A DNA stretch of 64,000 nt from Candidatus Bathyarchaeota archaeon. GTDB taxonomy: Archaea; Thermoproteota; Bathyarchaeia; Bathyarchaeales; Bathycorpusculaceae. Both the position numbers and the translations under genes were made by a program. The notes below the pieces were generated by a model, which saw nothing but the letters and a program-made list of their open reading frames with translations, ran no database searches and was not told the DNA's origin. Below, piece by piece: positions 35,361-45,035 of the stretch (position 1 is the stretch's first letter; the number at the start of each line of letters is the position of its first letter). The stretch is taken from positions 51,628-115,627 of the forward strand of contig CAVYRC010000013.1 in the NCBI GenBank assembly GCA_963770845.1, in the 5' to 3' direction.

Positions 35361-35596
35361 CCCATGTTTGCGAAGAAATTCCTGGAATAGACATTTGTTT
35401 ATAAGTATAGTTTGCTTATATTACTAGCGAAGAGTCTCTTTTGTACTTGGGTTTGGGTTTAGTGTCGGATACTTTTCAAAAAATAGAAGCGAAACAAAAT
35501 GTTGATATTAAAAGTCAAATTGAAAAATTGTGTTGAACCTAAATTAACTAACCATAATAATTACGTGAATAACAACAAGAGAGGCGACGCAACTAC

Positions 35597-35803
35597 ATGG
35601 TGAGCCTAGGTAACTTGGCCCAGTGCCCGCAATGTACTCGAATGGGACGTGTTGTTTGGATTTCGCAAAATGGACAGATTATAGGAATCCGATGTTCTGC
35701 AAGTCACCGCTTAGAAAGTTATCCTAATTCATATGGATTTACGCGTTCTCCTTCCAAGGCAAACAAGAATAGTGTTTTTCTCGTTAACAAAGAATCATTG
35801 TGA
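35597..35803 (+). CDS. small Zn-ribbon protein
   Basis: CPQC...C...H. Confidence 0.6.
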   Translation: MVSLGNLAQCPQCTRMGRVVWISQNGQIIGIRCSASHRLESYPNSYGFTRSPSKANKNSVFLVNKESL

Positions 35804-35816
35804 CTCTTCGATAAGT

Positions 35817-36401
35817 ATGTTGCAAGAAAACTATTTGCTCTCTAGCAAAATAAAGATAGCTCCGGAAAACGACCAAACTGCCTTCTCTAAGCATTTTGGT
35901 TTTTACAAAAATTATTCTCTTTTCATTTTGAAAGCATTAAGAAAATCCTCCTTTCAAGAATTTCTATACTACATGCTCTTATCAGAAAACATTGAAGAAA
36001 AGAATGTTAATACTGTGGACATCAAAGTCTTTCCTGCTCCCAGAAAAAACGGTTTCAATATCGTTGGCAAATGTGACACTTTTAGGGGCAGGATTCGCAT
36101 TTATCCAAAAACCTTTAACTACTGTTCTGCGTTCAGGAAAAAATATGGAAAAGACTACCTATTTGCATTCGTAGGGAATAGAGCTAGAGCGGCTCTAATA
36201 CATGAATTGCTGCATCTAAAATATGTCAGCGATGAGAAGAAGGTGCAGAAATTGACTGATATCTATTTTTCCACGTACATGAAAAAGCGGCTTGAAAAAG
36301 ATTCAAATTTGATATCATTACATGACCTAATATTTGCTTCGAAAAAGCACACACCTTTTGGAAAGAAAACGACAGGCTACAATATACAATTGGACAGTTG
36401 A
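35817..36401 (+). CDS. putative zincin-like metallopeptidase
   Basis: GKC....I.I and ALIHELLHLK (HExxH). Confidence 0.6.
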   Translation: MLQENYLLSSKIKIAPENDQTAFSKHFGFYKNYSLFILKALRKSSFQEFLYYMLLSENIEEKNVNTVDIKVFPAPRKNGFNIVGKCDTFRGRIRIYPKTFNYCSAFRKKYGKDYLFAFVGNRARAALIHELLHLKYVSDEKKVQKLTDIYFSTYMKKRLEKDSNLISLHDLIFASKKHTPFGKKTTGYNIQLDS

Positions 36402-36465
36402 ATATTCGCAGTCATCAACGTAAAAAATGTTGAAGGGGCTTCAACACAAATAGACTCTCAGTTTT

Positions 36466-37116
36466 CTACACTTCTAAACTAGCTCGTTTGTTGATAGCGG
36501 CTCCGGTGACTGCTTCAGGGAATTTTTCTCTTAGTCTGTTCTCTGCAGCTACTTCTGCTTCTTCCAAGATCTGCAATGCATCTGCACTTGCCATTATTGT
36601 GTTTACTGGCGCGTCGTTGCCTTGATTAGTGGATGTGCATATATCTGAGAGAAGGTTTCCTATGTTTCCCAGTTCCATGCTTGCTTCTGGAAGGATACTG
36701 CACATTTCTGAGCGGATACTGTTTAACATGCCCTTGGCTGGACTCAATATTGTCACTAAGTCACCCATTTCTGAAACTGTGCTAAGTCGCATGGAAACGC
36801 TTTGAAGACCGAGGGAGGCGTGTGAGAGCATTTTTTCGACTTTACGTATTTCGCCGAGCTCTGTAGCAAATATATTTGCCCGCGCCGTATCCCGTTCTGT
36901 CATGGCTTTCACGACACGTTGAAATATTTCTTTATCACGCATCTCAAAGCGGTTGACAGCAGCATCCAACGTTCTAGTTTGAGCATCAAGCCGTTGCGTG
37001 ACCATACCAATTTGTTCTTTTAGGTTTTCCTGCGGCTTGGCAATGTTTTTAATCTTTGATACAACTGAAGGTGTTTCCTCTTTTTCTTTCCACTTATTGA
37101 TAAACCGGTTACCCAA
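36466..37116 (-). CDS. Snf7/ESCRT-III (CdvB-like) protein
   Basis: Long helical hairpin, RANIFATELGEIRK, MRLSTVSEMGD, A..ILEEA...AE..L.E.FP. Confidence 0.85.
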   Translation of the reverse strand: MGNRFINKWKEKEETPSVVSKIKNIAKPQENLKEQIGMVTQRLDAQTRTLDAAVNRFEMRDKEIFQRVVKAMTERDTARANIFATELGEIRKVEKMLSHASLGLQSVSMRLSTVSEMGDLVTILSPAKGMLNSIRSEMCSILPEASMELGNIGNLLSDICTSTNQGNDAPVNTIMASADALQILEEAEVAAENRLREKFPEAVTGAAINKRASLEV

Positions 37117-37325
37117 ATTAGCTGTCTCCTTTGCGCCACTTTAGGAGCGAGGCAATAAAAGAGTGTTCTACCTGTTAAGTTAAAACTCAGCTCTAGAAAT
37201 TGCTGGTTTTTAATTTTCTCTATAAAACATCGCGAAGGCTAAGGAGTTGGACTCCATCGATTTTTTGGGAAAGCAATGGAAACCAGATGAAATTTGTATT
37301 TAAACTAGCATTAAACTGGTCCATT

Positions 37326-37857
37326 CTATACTTGGAGGTTAGCGGCTTCAACGCTTCGACGCAGCAACCTGGATCGAGTTTCAGCACGAACTCTCTTATC
37401 GGTTACCTGAAGATCAAGGTCTTTGGCGGTCAGCTCCAAAATTTTTTGTATTAAAATTTGTGCGGCTTCTGCAACTTCTTTAACAGGTAACGTTTCTTTT
37501 TCGCAGATTCCGGGGCAGCAGGAGGAAAAAGGAAAATTCAGTTCCAACTCAATTTTGTTATTCTCGTAATCGTAATCCGCTATAGTGAAGGGTTCCAGCC
37601 TGCAAACTGCTGGTCTCACCTCATAGACTTGCACATTTATTGTTTTTACCCAAGAAAAAACAGCTGTCGTCGTTTTTTCTGCGGATCCAGCGGATACCCG
37701 ATTCATCGGGGCGCTCTAAGAAATCCTTGAATCCTTTTGCTTCTAACTGTTTTTGTTCTCTCTTGCTTACGTCAGGTGGCTGCATCCGACAGCAGACTCC
37801 ACAGTTCTGGCATTTGAAACCCACTGAATCGGGGAAGATTACATTTTTAAAGTTCAA
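37326..37857 (-). CDS. YkgJ/CxxCxxCC Fe-S or Zn cluster protein (frameshift near 37620)
   Basis: FKCQNCGVCC, CFFL....C..YE.RP.VCR.EPF, CPG. Confidence 0.85.
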
Positions 37858-38131
37858 GGTAAATGAAAAAGGGGAAAAATGGTTTATTTAGATTGCGTGA
37901 TAAAAGACGGATTTGTCCTTGCTCGGTTGCCCCATTTTCTAACATGAAAATCCATGTCTTATTACAGGTGAACATGCAACTGCAAAAAGTGAACGGGAAG
38001 GTTTGTTCGTTAAAAGACCATTAAATATGACGGCGCACTACACGCAATTGTAGACGTGTTCAACACACAAACAGAAATACCAAAATAGCACAATCTTCCC
38101 GGTCATACGTCAGTGCGAAAGGCATTCTATG

Positions 38132-38632
38132 TCAGTAGAGTGAGGCCACGATTGCGGTGACTGTTCCTTGAATATGTGGAACTTTTTCCTGTATATGAGC
38201 AATAAGCTGTTTGAGATTTTCTTTGTCACTTGCTCTTACCGCAGCAATCACATCGTAGGGTCCTAAAACTGTGTCAGCTGATAAGATCTGCGGAATCGCT
38301 TGAAGTTTTTCTTGAACCGTTTCCAAGTTTCTCGGCTGGGTATTCAGGAATAGGAAGGCGTAGGGTTCTTCAGTATAGGGTTTTCCTTCTGAGATTACTA
38401 TGAGCGTTTGGGTTCGATCAACGAGGGATTCCTGGGGGGCTATTTTTCTGATTGGGTTAAACCATTTGCTGAAGAATTCGTCGAGACCCTTTAGGTCGCG
38501 TATTTGTATGAGGATATCTACGGGTCCAAAAAGCAAAAAGACGTCTTTTTTGGAAAGGTTTAGTTTTATGAGTTCATCTAATACTCGGTTGAAAGCACCT
38601 ACTTTACAGGACAAGCCCATATATGCTTTCAT
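38132..38632 (-). CDS. tandem Lrp/AsnC ligand-binding (RAM) domain protein without HTH
   Basis: Two repeats with FGPVDI / LGPYDV. Confidence 0.8.
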   Translation of the reverse strand: MKAYMGLSCKVGAFNRVLDELIKLNLSKKDVFLLFGPVDILIQIRDLKGLDEFFSKWFNPIRKIAPQESLVDRTQTLIVISEGKPYTEEPYAFLFLNTQPRNLETVQEKLQAIPQILSADTVLGPYDVIAAVRASDKENLKQLIAHIQEKVPHIQGTVTAIVASLY

Positions 38633-38846
38633 AACTAATCAAGAATCAATTATGTCTGCTGGTTGATAAATATAACGAAAATGCAAAAATTCACTTGTCA
38701 GCTAATAGCAATGGATAATTTGTTCCTATTCAAGTGAATTAACCATTTTTTTGAATTGAATCAACTGCTCTTTTTTTAAAGAGTGGACGAGAAGGGCTTA
38801 AAAGATATTTTAGAGACCGTTGATATTTGAGGTAAGAGTGACCAAG

Positions 38847-39050
38847 ATGCCTGCTAAAGTGTCATTTAACCCTGAAAAAATACGCAACCAAAAAAGAACT
38901 ATCGGTGCAATCGCGATAGCACTCCTATTGATTTTCACAGTACTCGCTTTCTTAGGATGGATATCTTTTATTGTTTGGGTTTTGGCTGATTTGGTTGTAG
39001 CCGCATTGGCTAATTTGCTGCTCAGAAGAGTTGGAAGAACTCCCCTCTAG
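38847..39050 (+). CDS. small two-TM membrane protein
   Basis: Hydrophobic hairpin flanked by basic residues. Confidence 0.6.
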   Translation: MPAKVSFNPEKIRNQKRTIGAIAIALLLIFTVLAFLGWISFIVWVLADLVVAALANLLLRRVGRTPL

Positions 39051-39052
39051 CT

Positions 39053-39364
39053 TTACTGTCGATACTTGGGGCGTTTAGATTCTTTTACCCAAAAATCAGG
39101 GTCATCTACCTGAATAATCTGGACTTCGCAAATGTTACGAGGATCAGTTATCACAGCGCGGAATTTTGAGGGCAAACTAGGATCTGCTAAAAACGTCATT
39201 CGGGATTCCTCAAGCTTTTCCGCTATGCGTTCACATTTTTTATTGGCATAACCGCCGTACTTTATGCTTTTTCCTTCAATGATAGCTTTGTCAAAACCGT
39301 CTTTGCTGCACTGGATGAGTTTGACACCGTCTCGTATGAACCAGAATCCAGAAGTTTTGGGCAT
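39053..39364 (-). CDS. hypothetical protein
   Basis: 103-aa ATG ORF with normal composition. Confidence 0.6.
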   Translation of the reverse strand: MPKTSGFWFIRDGVKLIQCSKDGFDKAIIEGKSIKYGGYANKKCERIAEKLEESRMTFLADPSLPSKFRAVITDPRNICEVQIIQVDDPDFWVKESKRPKYRQ

Positions 39365-39834
39365 GATTATCGGATAGCTATAGGCTTGAGTGATTGTTAT
39401 TAAGATTACCCATTTAGCTGCAGGATTTGTGCCTCAGAACCTACTGTATTGTCCAGTCATTTTTGGAGAGACAGAACTAACTGAAACTCCAACTCTTTAC
39501 GTGCAATTGTCATCATAGGCACCTTGCATTTCATGTTAGTTAATTGAGTTTAGGCTTAAAAAAGGAGTATATGCCTCCGAATTCGTATAACTGACATCAT
39601 CGCTGGGACTACCAATCCCCTCTCAGACTGACGTGTTATTCATCATTGGCATATTCAAGCATACGCACATGAAATAAAAGTATTAACCGGAAAACTACCT
39701 CGCGCTTTTCAGGGGTTTATCCAAATCTTGAAAAATATTTCTGTTTATCAGAAATAAAAAGATACAAACTAGCTAAACAAGGGATAAAAAAATGAAACAA
39801 TAAGGGAGAGAGCATAAACGATTTTTAGACCAGT

Positions 39835-39927
39835 TTAACTAGTCTGTGTTTTGCTCTGCTTTGCCTTTTTTGCTTTTCTTTTCTCGTCTCGCTCTTTCTT
39901 AGTTAACGGTTTTTCTTTTTTCGGCAT
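39835..39927 (-). CDS. 30-aa highly basic peptide
   Basis: MPKKEKPLTKKERDEKRKAKKAKQSKTQTS; GGAG upstream; co-oriented downstream of tfs. Confidence 0.5.
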   Translation of the reverse strand: MPKKEKPLTKKERDEKRKAKKAKQSKTQTS

Positions 39928-40007
39928 TTCGGATTGTTCTCCGGATTGAACTCTATACCGTAATTGCCTTTAATAGCTTTCGAAAGATGCAGACAACTGA
40001 GCGATTT

Positions 40008-40352
40008 TTAAGTGTATTCCCTAAAGGTATGCCCGCATTTTGTGCAACGCATAAATTGAGTAGACGCCTCGTCGCCGCCCCGAGTCTGCACCTGCCAAAC
40101 AAACACCTCATTGTTCTCGCATTTTTCGCATTTTATTTTGATAGTTTGCATGGTTTTGATTTTTTGGTCTTCTTCAGAGATAACGGTCATAAACGGCTTA
40201 GCTTTAGGCTGAATGACTGCGCCGGTTCGCGCTTCAGTCTTTCTATCAGCTGGCTGCTTGGTGAAATTACATTTGGTACAGCATAAGACAAACGAGGTTG
40301 CACCGGTTTTTCTGAGTTCCAGACGACAACCGCATGTTGGACAAAACTCCAT
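40008..40352 (-). CDS. tfs: transcription factor S (transcript cleavage factor)
   Basis: MEFCPTCG N-ribbon, CEKC...QTRGGDEASTQF.RCTKCG with acidic DE pair. Confidence 0.92.
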   Translation of the reverse strand: MEFCPTCGCRLELRKTGATSFVLCCTKCNFTKQPADRKTEARTGAVIQPKAKPFMTVISEEDQKIKTMQTIKIKCEKCENNEVFVWQVQTRGGDEASTQFMRCTKCGHTFREYT

Positions 40353-40486
40353 GAATCAGAATCCTTCTATAACTCACCATAAAACATACAAATGAGATAT
40401 AAGGCTTATTTTTTTAATCAGAAAATTCTGGAACAAACATAAAACCTTAAATTAAAACATCTATCAGGGTTAACAGAGGTAGTAAA

Positions 40487-41134
40487 ATGGCAAGTGGAGA
40501 TATTCCCAAGAGTGAATGGCAAACAATCGAACATGCACTTGCGTATTTGACGAGAGCAGATAGGTTACCCCATCGCACGGAAGGAGAAAAAGCACTGTTA
40601 GATCAGATTCCTCAAAATACCGAGCGAGTTTTGGATTTGGGTACTGGCGATGGCAGGTTGCTTGCGCTTGTAAGACTTAATAACCCCGCCGTTGAGGGAG
40701 TGGCTTTGGATTTCTCTGACCCGATGATTGAGCAAGCCCAAAAACGCTTCGCAGACGACAAGCACGTAAGGATAGTTAAGCATGATTTTAGTCTGCCGCT
40801 CCCATCAGAGCTTGGCAATTTTGACGCTGTAGTCTCCAGTCTGGCAATTCATCATTTGATGCACCCAAGAAAAAAGCAACTCTACACCGAAATATTTAGC
40901 CTGCTAAACCCCAAAGGAGTCTTCTGCAACCTAGAACATGTCTCTTCAGCGACCGAGAACCTTCACTCGAAATTCTTAGCAACTATCGGTTGGACACCTG
41001 AGAGCGAGGACCCCTCAAATAAGCTCCTAGATGTAGAAACACAACTTCAATGGCTTAGGCAGATCGGATTTATGGATGTGGACTGTGCATGGAAATGGCT
41101 TGAAATAGCGCTTCTTTGCGGTTTTAAGCCCTAA
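40487..41134 (+). CDS. class I SAM-dependent methyltransferase
   Basis: VLDLGTGDG, LDFS, FDAVVSSLAIHH. Confidence 0.92.
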   Translation: MASGDIPKSEWQTIEHALAYLTRADRLPHRTEGEKALLDQIPQNTERVLDLGTGDGRLLALVRLNNPAVEGVALDFSDPMIEQAQKRFADDKHVRIVKHDFSLPLPSELGNFDAVVSSLAIHHLMHPRKKQLYTEIFSLLNPKGVFCNLEHVSSATENLHSKFLATIGWTPESEDPSNKLLDVETQLQWLRQIGFMDVDCAWKWLEIALLCGFKP

Positions 41135-41210
41135 TTTATAGCGCTAAACTCATTGATAGAAAGCTATTAATAACAATTGCCTAACAGGATTACTAGGAGT
41201 TTTTAAAACA

Positions 41211-41711
41211 TTGACCACAGAAATTGAGCAAATAAACTGGATGCACTGGATCTACCGCTTAATAGCGCTAATAATCGACAGCATAATTACCGGAATTGTT
41301 GGAGCCATAATATACTTCATCCTCTTCATACCGCTTATTTTTTCAGGCGCAATCTTTGGAATCGTCCCATGGTGGGGTGGCACATTTCTACTTCCGTTTA
41401 CCTATGGCATAATCCTTGTTATTTACAGCGTTATACTGGAAATCTCATGGGGCGGAATGACAGTCGGAAAAAAACTTTTAGGACTACAAGTACAAACCAC
41501 CAGCGGCGGCAAAGTAACTTTTGACAAAGCGTTCCTCAGAAACATCAGTAAAATCTACCCGCTATTTCTATTCCTCGACTGGCTAATAGGCATCCTGACA
41601 CCTGGAAACAAAATGCAGAAATATACTGACCGTATGTCAGGAACAATGGTTGTCCAAATAAGCCAACCATTCGGAACAACACCGCCTCCACCACCGCCTC
41701 CACCAACCTAA
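41211..41711 (+). CDS. RDD family membrane protein with poly-Pro tail
   Basis: RLIALIID, G.TVGKKLLGL, LRN, Q...DR.SGT. Confidence 0.9.
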   Translation: MTTEIEQINWMHWIYRLIALIIDSIITGIVGAIIYFILFIPLIFSGAIFGIVPWWGGTFLLPFTYGIILVIYSVILEISWGGMTVGKKLLGLQVQTTSGGKVTFDKAFLRNISKIYPLFLFLDWLIGILTPGNKMQKYTDRMSGTMVVQISQPFGTTPPPPPPPPT

Positions 41712-41816
41712 AAACCATATTTTTCCTTTTTCTTTTTCTTCAAAACTTATTTTATTAAAAAAAATTTAAATAGCATCCAACAAAAGTATAAAAATTGAAG
41801 AGGAAAAAAGCACGAG

Positions 41817-42149
41817 TTAATTTTGTTTAAATTCTTCTATCCACGTTTTGAAAGCATTTCCACTTAGCCCTCTGCCAAGTTGTGCGTCAAGCCGCTTGCA
41901 AACTTTGCCCTCTTCAAAGAAAATAATAGTGGGAACCGCAGGTATGTCGTAATCGTCCCATAGCGGGTTATCATAGTCGTCTAAGAGTACATGGACCACG
42001 TTTTTGAAGCCTAAGCTAGCCACTTTTTCGTTGAATGTTGGCACAAATCCAACGCAAAAAGGGCACCAGGAAGCGTAAAACAATGCGAGAACGTTCTTGT
42101 TTTTCTTGAGTTCGGCGTCAAGGTCTTTTTTCGTGTATATTTTATTCAT
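41817..42149 (-). CDS. thioredoxin family protein
   Basis: FYASWCPFC, AVPT. Confidence 0.9.
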   Translation of the reverse strand: MNKIYTKKDLDAELKKNKNVLALFYASWCPFCVGFVPTFNEKVASLGFKNVVHVLLDDYDNPLWDDYDIPAVPTIIFFEEGKVCKRLDAQLGRGLSGNAFKTWIEEFKQN

Positions 42150-42275
42150 GCGCTCACATGTTAAAAAACGGTTTTAGGGTTTGATAAACATGCCGTTTTC
42201 ATCGCTTTATCAATGCAAACAGATAAACAAGCAACACCTAAAATAACCAAAACCACAGATGATAGAGCGAACCAG

Positions 42276-42998
42276 ATGAAGCCTAAAAATTACAAACGCG
42301 GATATCCAGTTGCGGTCTTGGTTGGGATAGAACAGGACCATGCTGCATTATGGCAAATTTTTAGCCAAGTCGCTAAACACCAGCAAACCATCCCCCTAAA
42401 CGGCGATAGAAAAGATCAAAAAGCCCTCTACAGCTTCCATGAAACCATCATTAACGCATTAAGACCCGTCCTAAAAGAGGGTGTAAGAAGCATGGTTGTA
42501 GCTTCGCCGCCAAGGACTAGTTACGCACAGGAATTTCTGAGCCATGTAAAAGCTCATCATACCTGGCTTATAAAGGGAACAAACAAAGCCAGTTTCTCAC
42601 AGATAGTGGGCTCTGCAAGCTCGCCTCCACAAGTAGCTGTCTTAACAAAAACCTCAGCGTTCAAACAGATAATACAGGAAAATGCAACTGAAGAAACCGA
42701 GAATCTACTTGAAATCCTTGAGAAGCGTCTAAGTAAAACGGATAATCTGGTGCTTTTTTCGTTGCAGGAAGCAGAAACCCTCATCTTAAACCCACAGGCA
42801 CCTGGAAAACCCCAGCCTGAATACTTAATGTTAACAGATGATTATCTTGCGGGAACTCGCCAGAAGAACCGAGTGAATCGACTTATGATGATTGCGGCGA
42901 AGAACGGAGTTAAAACGCGCGTGATAAATGCTGAATCTAAAGCTGGTGCACGTCTTACGCAATTGGGCGGGATCGTTTGTTTGGCAAAACTCGATTAA
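42276..42998 (+). CDS. pelota/eRF1 domain 2-3 paralog lacking the N-terminal domain
   Basis: VVASP..(F), C-terminus AESKAGARLTQLGGIVCL parallels pelota STEHEAGAKLLSLGGIVAL. Confidence 0.7.
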   Translation: MKPKNYKRGYPVAVLVGIEQDHAALWQIFSQVAKHQQTIPLNGDRKDQKALYSFHETIINALRPVLKEGVRSMVVASPPRTSYAQEFLSHVKAHHTWLIKGTNKASFSQIVGSASSPPQVAVLTKTSAFKQIIQENATEETENLLEILEKRLSKTDNLVLFSLQEAETLILNPQAPGKPQPEYLMLTDDYLAGTRQKNRVNRLMMIAAKNGVKTRVINAESKAGARLTQLGGIVCLAKLD

Positions 42999-43002
42999 GC
43001 TG

Positions 43003-43734
43003 TTACAGAAAGCCTTCGTGCTTTAACTCCGTAATTGAGATTTTGCATTTGTGCAATGCAGTTGCTACCAACGCACCTGAAACGCCAAGATCTTTGAGTT
43101 CAACCAAATCATTGATGTCTCGAACTCCGCCGCCAACATAAACATCAACTTCGATTTCCCCGATTACCTTCTTGAGGAAACCCAAGTTTACACCTTCACC
43201 GCTGCCAACCCGCGCCAAATCTAAAACAATAACCTGAGAAACACTCATTCTTTTGAAGTCTTGCAGTAAACAAATGGGACTTAGGCATCCATCAAACCCT
43301 AATTTAACAAGAACTTTTTCACCCTTCAAATCCAGACTGACAACAACTCGGTCGCTTCCGAAAATCTCCACAGCTTGTTCAACAAATTTTTTGCTTCGCA
43401 AGGTCTCTGTACCGATGATAAGTTTCGATATTCCTGCATCAAGGAGTTTTTTGGCTCTTGGGATGCTTGTTATGCCTGCATCAACCATTAATTTTAGGCC
43501 TGTCTCTTCTGCGATGTTTTTTAACGTCTGAAAATTCATGGAGCAATCGATAATGGCATCCAAATCAGCCACGTATAGCTCATTGAAGTCGAGGGCTTTA
43601 AACCTCTTAGCAACCTCCAGAGGCTCTGTTGACTTGAAGAGGACGCTCTTTATAGGTTGGTAGTTGTGTCTTTGACCCTTGACTGCGTGAACTACCTTTC
43701 CGTTTAAGATGTCGATGACGGGGATTATTTTCAA
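43003..43734 (-). CDS. HisA/HisF-related TIM barrel, C1-cofactor-linked type (TIGR00734/Orf17-like)
   Basis: IIPVIDILNGKVVHA..G.R..Y.P, LYVADLDAI, LDLARVGSGEG, GGGVRD, ATALH. Confidence 0.85.
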   Translation of the reverse strand: MKIIPVIDILNGKVVHAVKGQRHNYQPIKSVLFKSTEPLEVAKRFKALDFNELYVADLDAIIDCSMNFQTLKNIAEETGLKLMVDAGITSIPRAKKLLDAGISKLIIGTETLRSKKFVEQAVEIFGSDRVVVSLDLKGEKVLVKLGFDGCLSPICLLQDFKRMSVSQVIVLDLARVGSGEGVNLGFLKKVIGEIEVDVYVGGGVRDINDLVELKDLGVSGALVATALHKCKISITELKHEGFL

Positions 43735-44292
43735 ACGTTAAACCTATCCAAAGATTGAATTTGCCTAATAGAAAAACCTAACTCCTAACAATGCCTAGCA
43801 AAATAAATCAGAAAACCTATCACGCACTAATTTTTAATTCTGGGTTTTTTTGTGTGAAATAGAGAAAACGTAGACGTTTAGTATTGCTGACCCCATAACC
43901 CATAAGGTTACCGCATAAAAGCTATAATCGAAGTATGCTGGTATGCACCCCAAGGCGAAAAACAGTAAGGATAGAAAAACTAGTGTTTTCTCAAAGATTT
44001 GTCTCAAATTGTTTGTCCTCTTTAAAATCTAGAATTTTAAATACGAGGCTAATTTGCCTTTATCTACTAGATTATTTTGTTTTGCCTGCTTAAAAGACTT
44101 TATTCGGAGCCAGTTGGAAAGAGCGTTTAGAGATCAAAAGTCTCCAGCAAATATTAATCTGGTCCTGCTGCTTGTGGCAGTCCGTGGAAGTTGTTGCGCG
44201 TATGAGCCACTTTTACAAGAACTACTAAGAGAAAACAAACGCTCGCGGGAAAACTTTAAAGGCATCAAGTAGCCGCATCAATATGACCTCCC

Positions 44293-45033
44293 TTGAAACT
44301 GCTAATAAGCCCACTAAACCTAGAGGAAGCCCAGGAAGCCATCGCTGGGGGCGCTGACATAATCGACGTCAAAAATCCTGCGGAAGGAGCGTTGGGGGCA
44401 AATTATCCGTGGGTTATCAGGTCAATACAACGAATAACTCCCAAGAAACTGAAGGTCAGCTGCACATTGGGAGAGGTTGGGAATTTTCCGGGATCAGTAT
44501 CCCTAGCTGCATACGGAGCTGCCTCAATAGGTGTCGACTACATAAAAGTGGGGCTGTACGGAATTAAAACAATTGATGAAGCTGTTTTTCTACTTCAAAA
44601 TTTAAGTCGAGCGGCAAAAGAATGTAACCCTAAAATCAAAGTTGCAGTTGCCGGATACGCTGATGCAGAAAAAATCGGCGCAATCAATCCGCTGCTTATT
44701 CCTGAAATAGCTCATAAGTCAAAAGTGGATGTTGCTATGGTTGATACGTCGGTTAAGGATGGAAAAAACCTATTTGACCACATGACTTTGAGGCAATTAA
44801 AAGAATTTGTTGATTTGGCTCATCGTTTTGGATTAGAGGTTGCGTTAGCTGGCTCACTACGAAAACAAGATTTAGCCAAAGTTTATGGTTTGGGTGCTGA
44901 TATTGTAGGCCTACGGGGTGCTGCATGCACAAATAGCAACCGCGCCACAGGGCAAATTACCAGGGAGCTAGTGGCGGAGTTAGCCGGGGTTGTTAGACAA
45001 GCTGAGGCCAAATTAACCGTCAAGAAGGTTTAG
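44293..45033 (+). CDS. mfnB: (5-formylfuran-3-yl)methyl phosphate synthase
   Basis: LLISP...EA..A..GGADIIDVKNPAEGALGA, DYIKVG, MVDT..KDG, LAGSL, G.RGAAC. Confidence 0.95.
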   Translation: MKLLISPLNLEEAQEAIAGGADIIDVKNPAEGALGANYPWVIRSIQRITPKKLKVSCTLGEVGNFPGSVSLAAYGAASIGVDYIKVGLYGIKTIDEAVFLLQNLSRAAKECNPKIKVAVAGYADAEKIGAINPLLIPEIAHKSKVDVAMVDTSVKDGKNLFDHMTLRQLKEFVDLAHRFGLEVALAGSLRKQDLAKVYGLGADIVGLRGAACTNSNRATGQITRELVAELAGVVRQAEAKLTVKKV

Positions 45034-45035
45034 TT

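Noticed and set aside
37890-38070. Cys/His-containing minus-strand fragments (FCSCMF...DMDFH)
   Set aside because: Broken by stops and frame changes; too weak to call a zinc-finger pseudogene.
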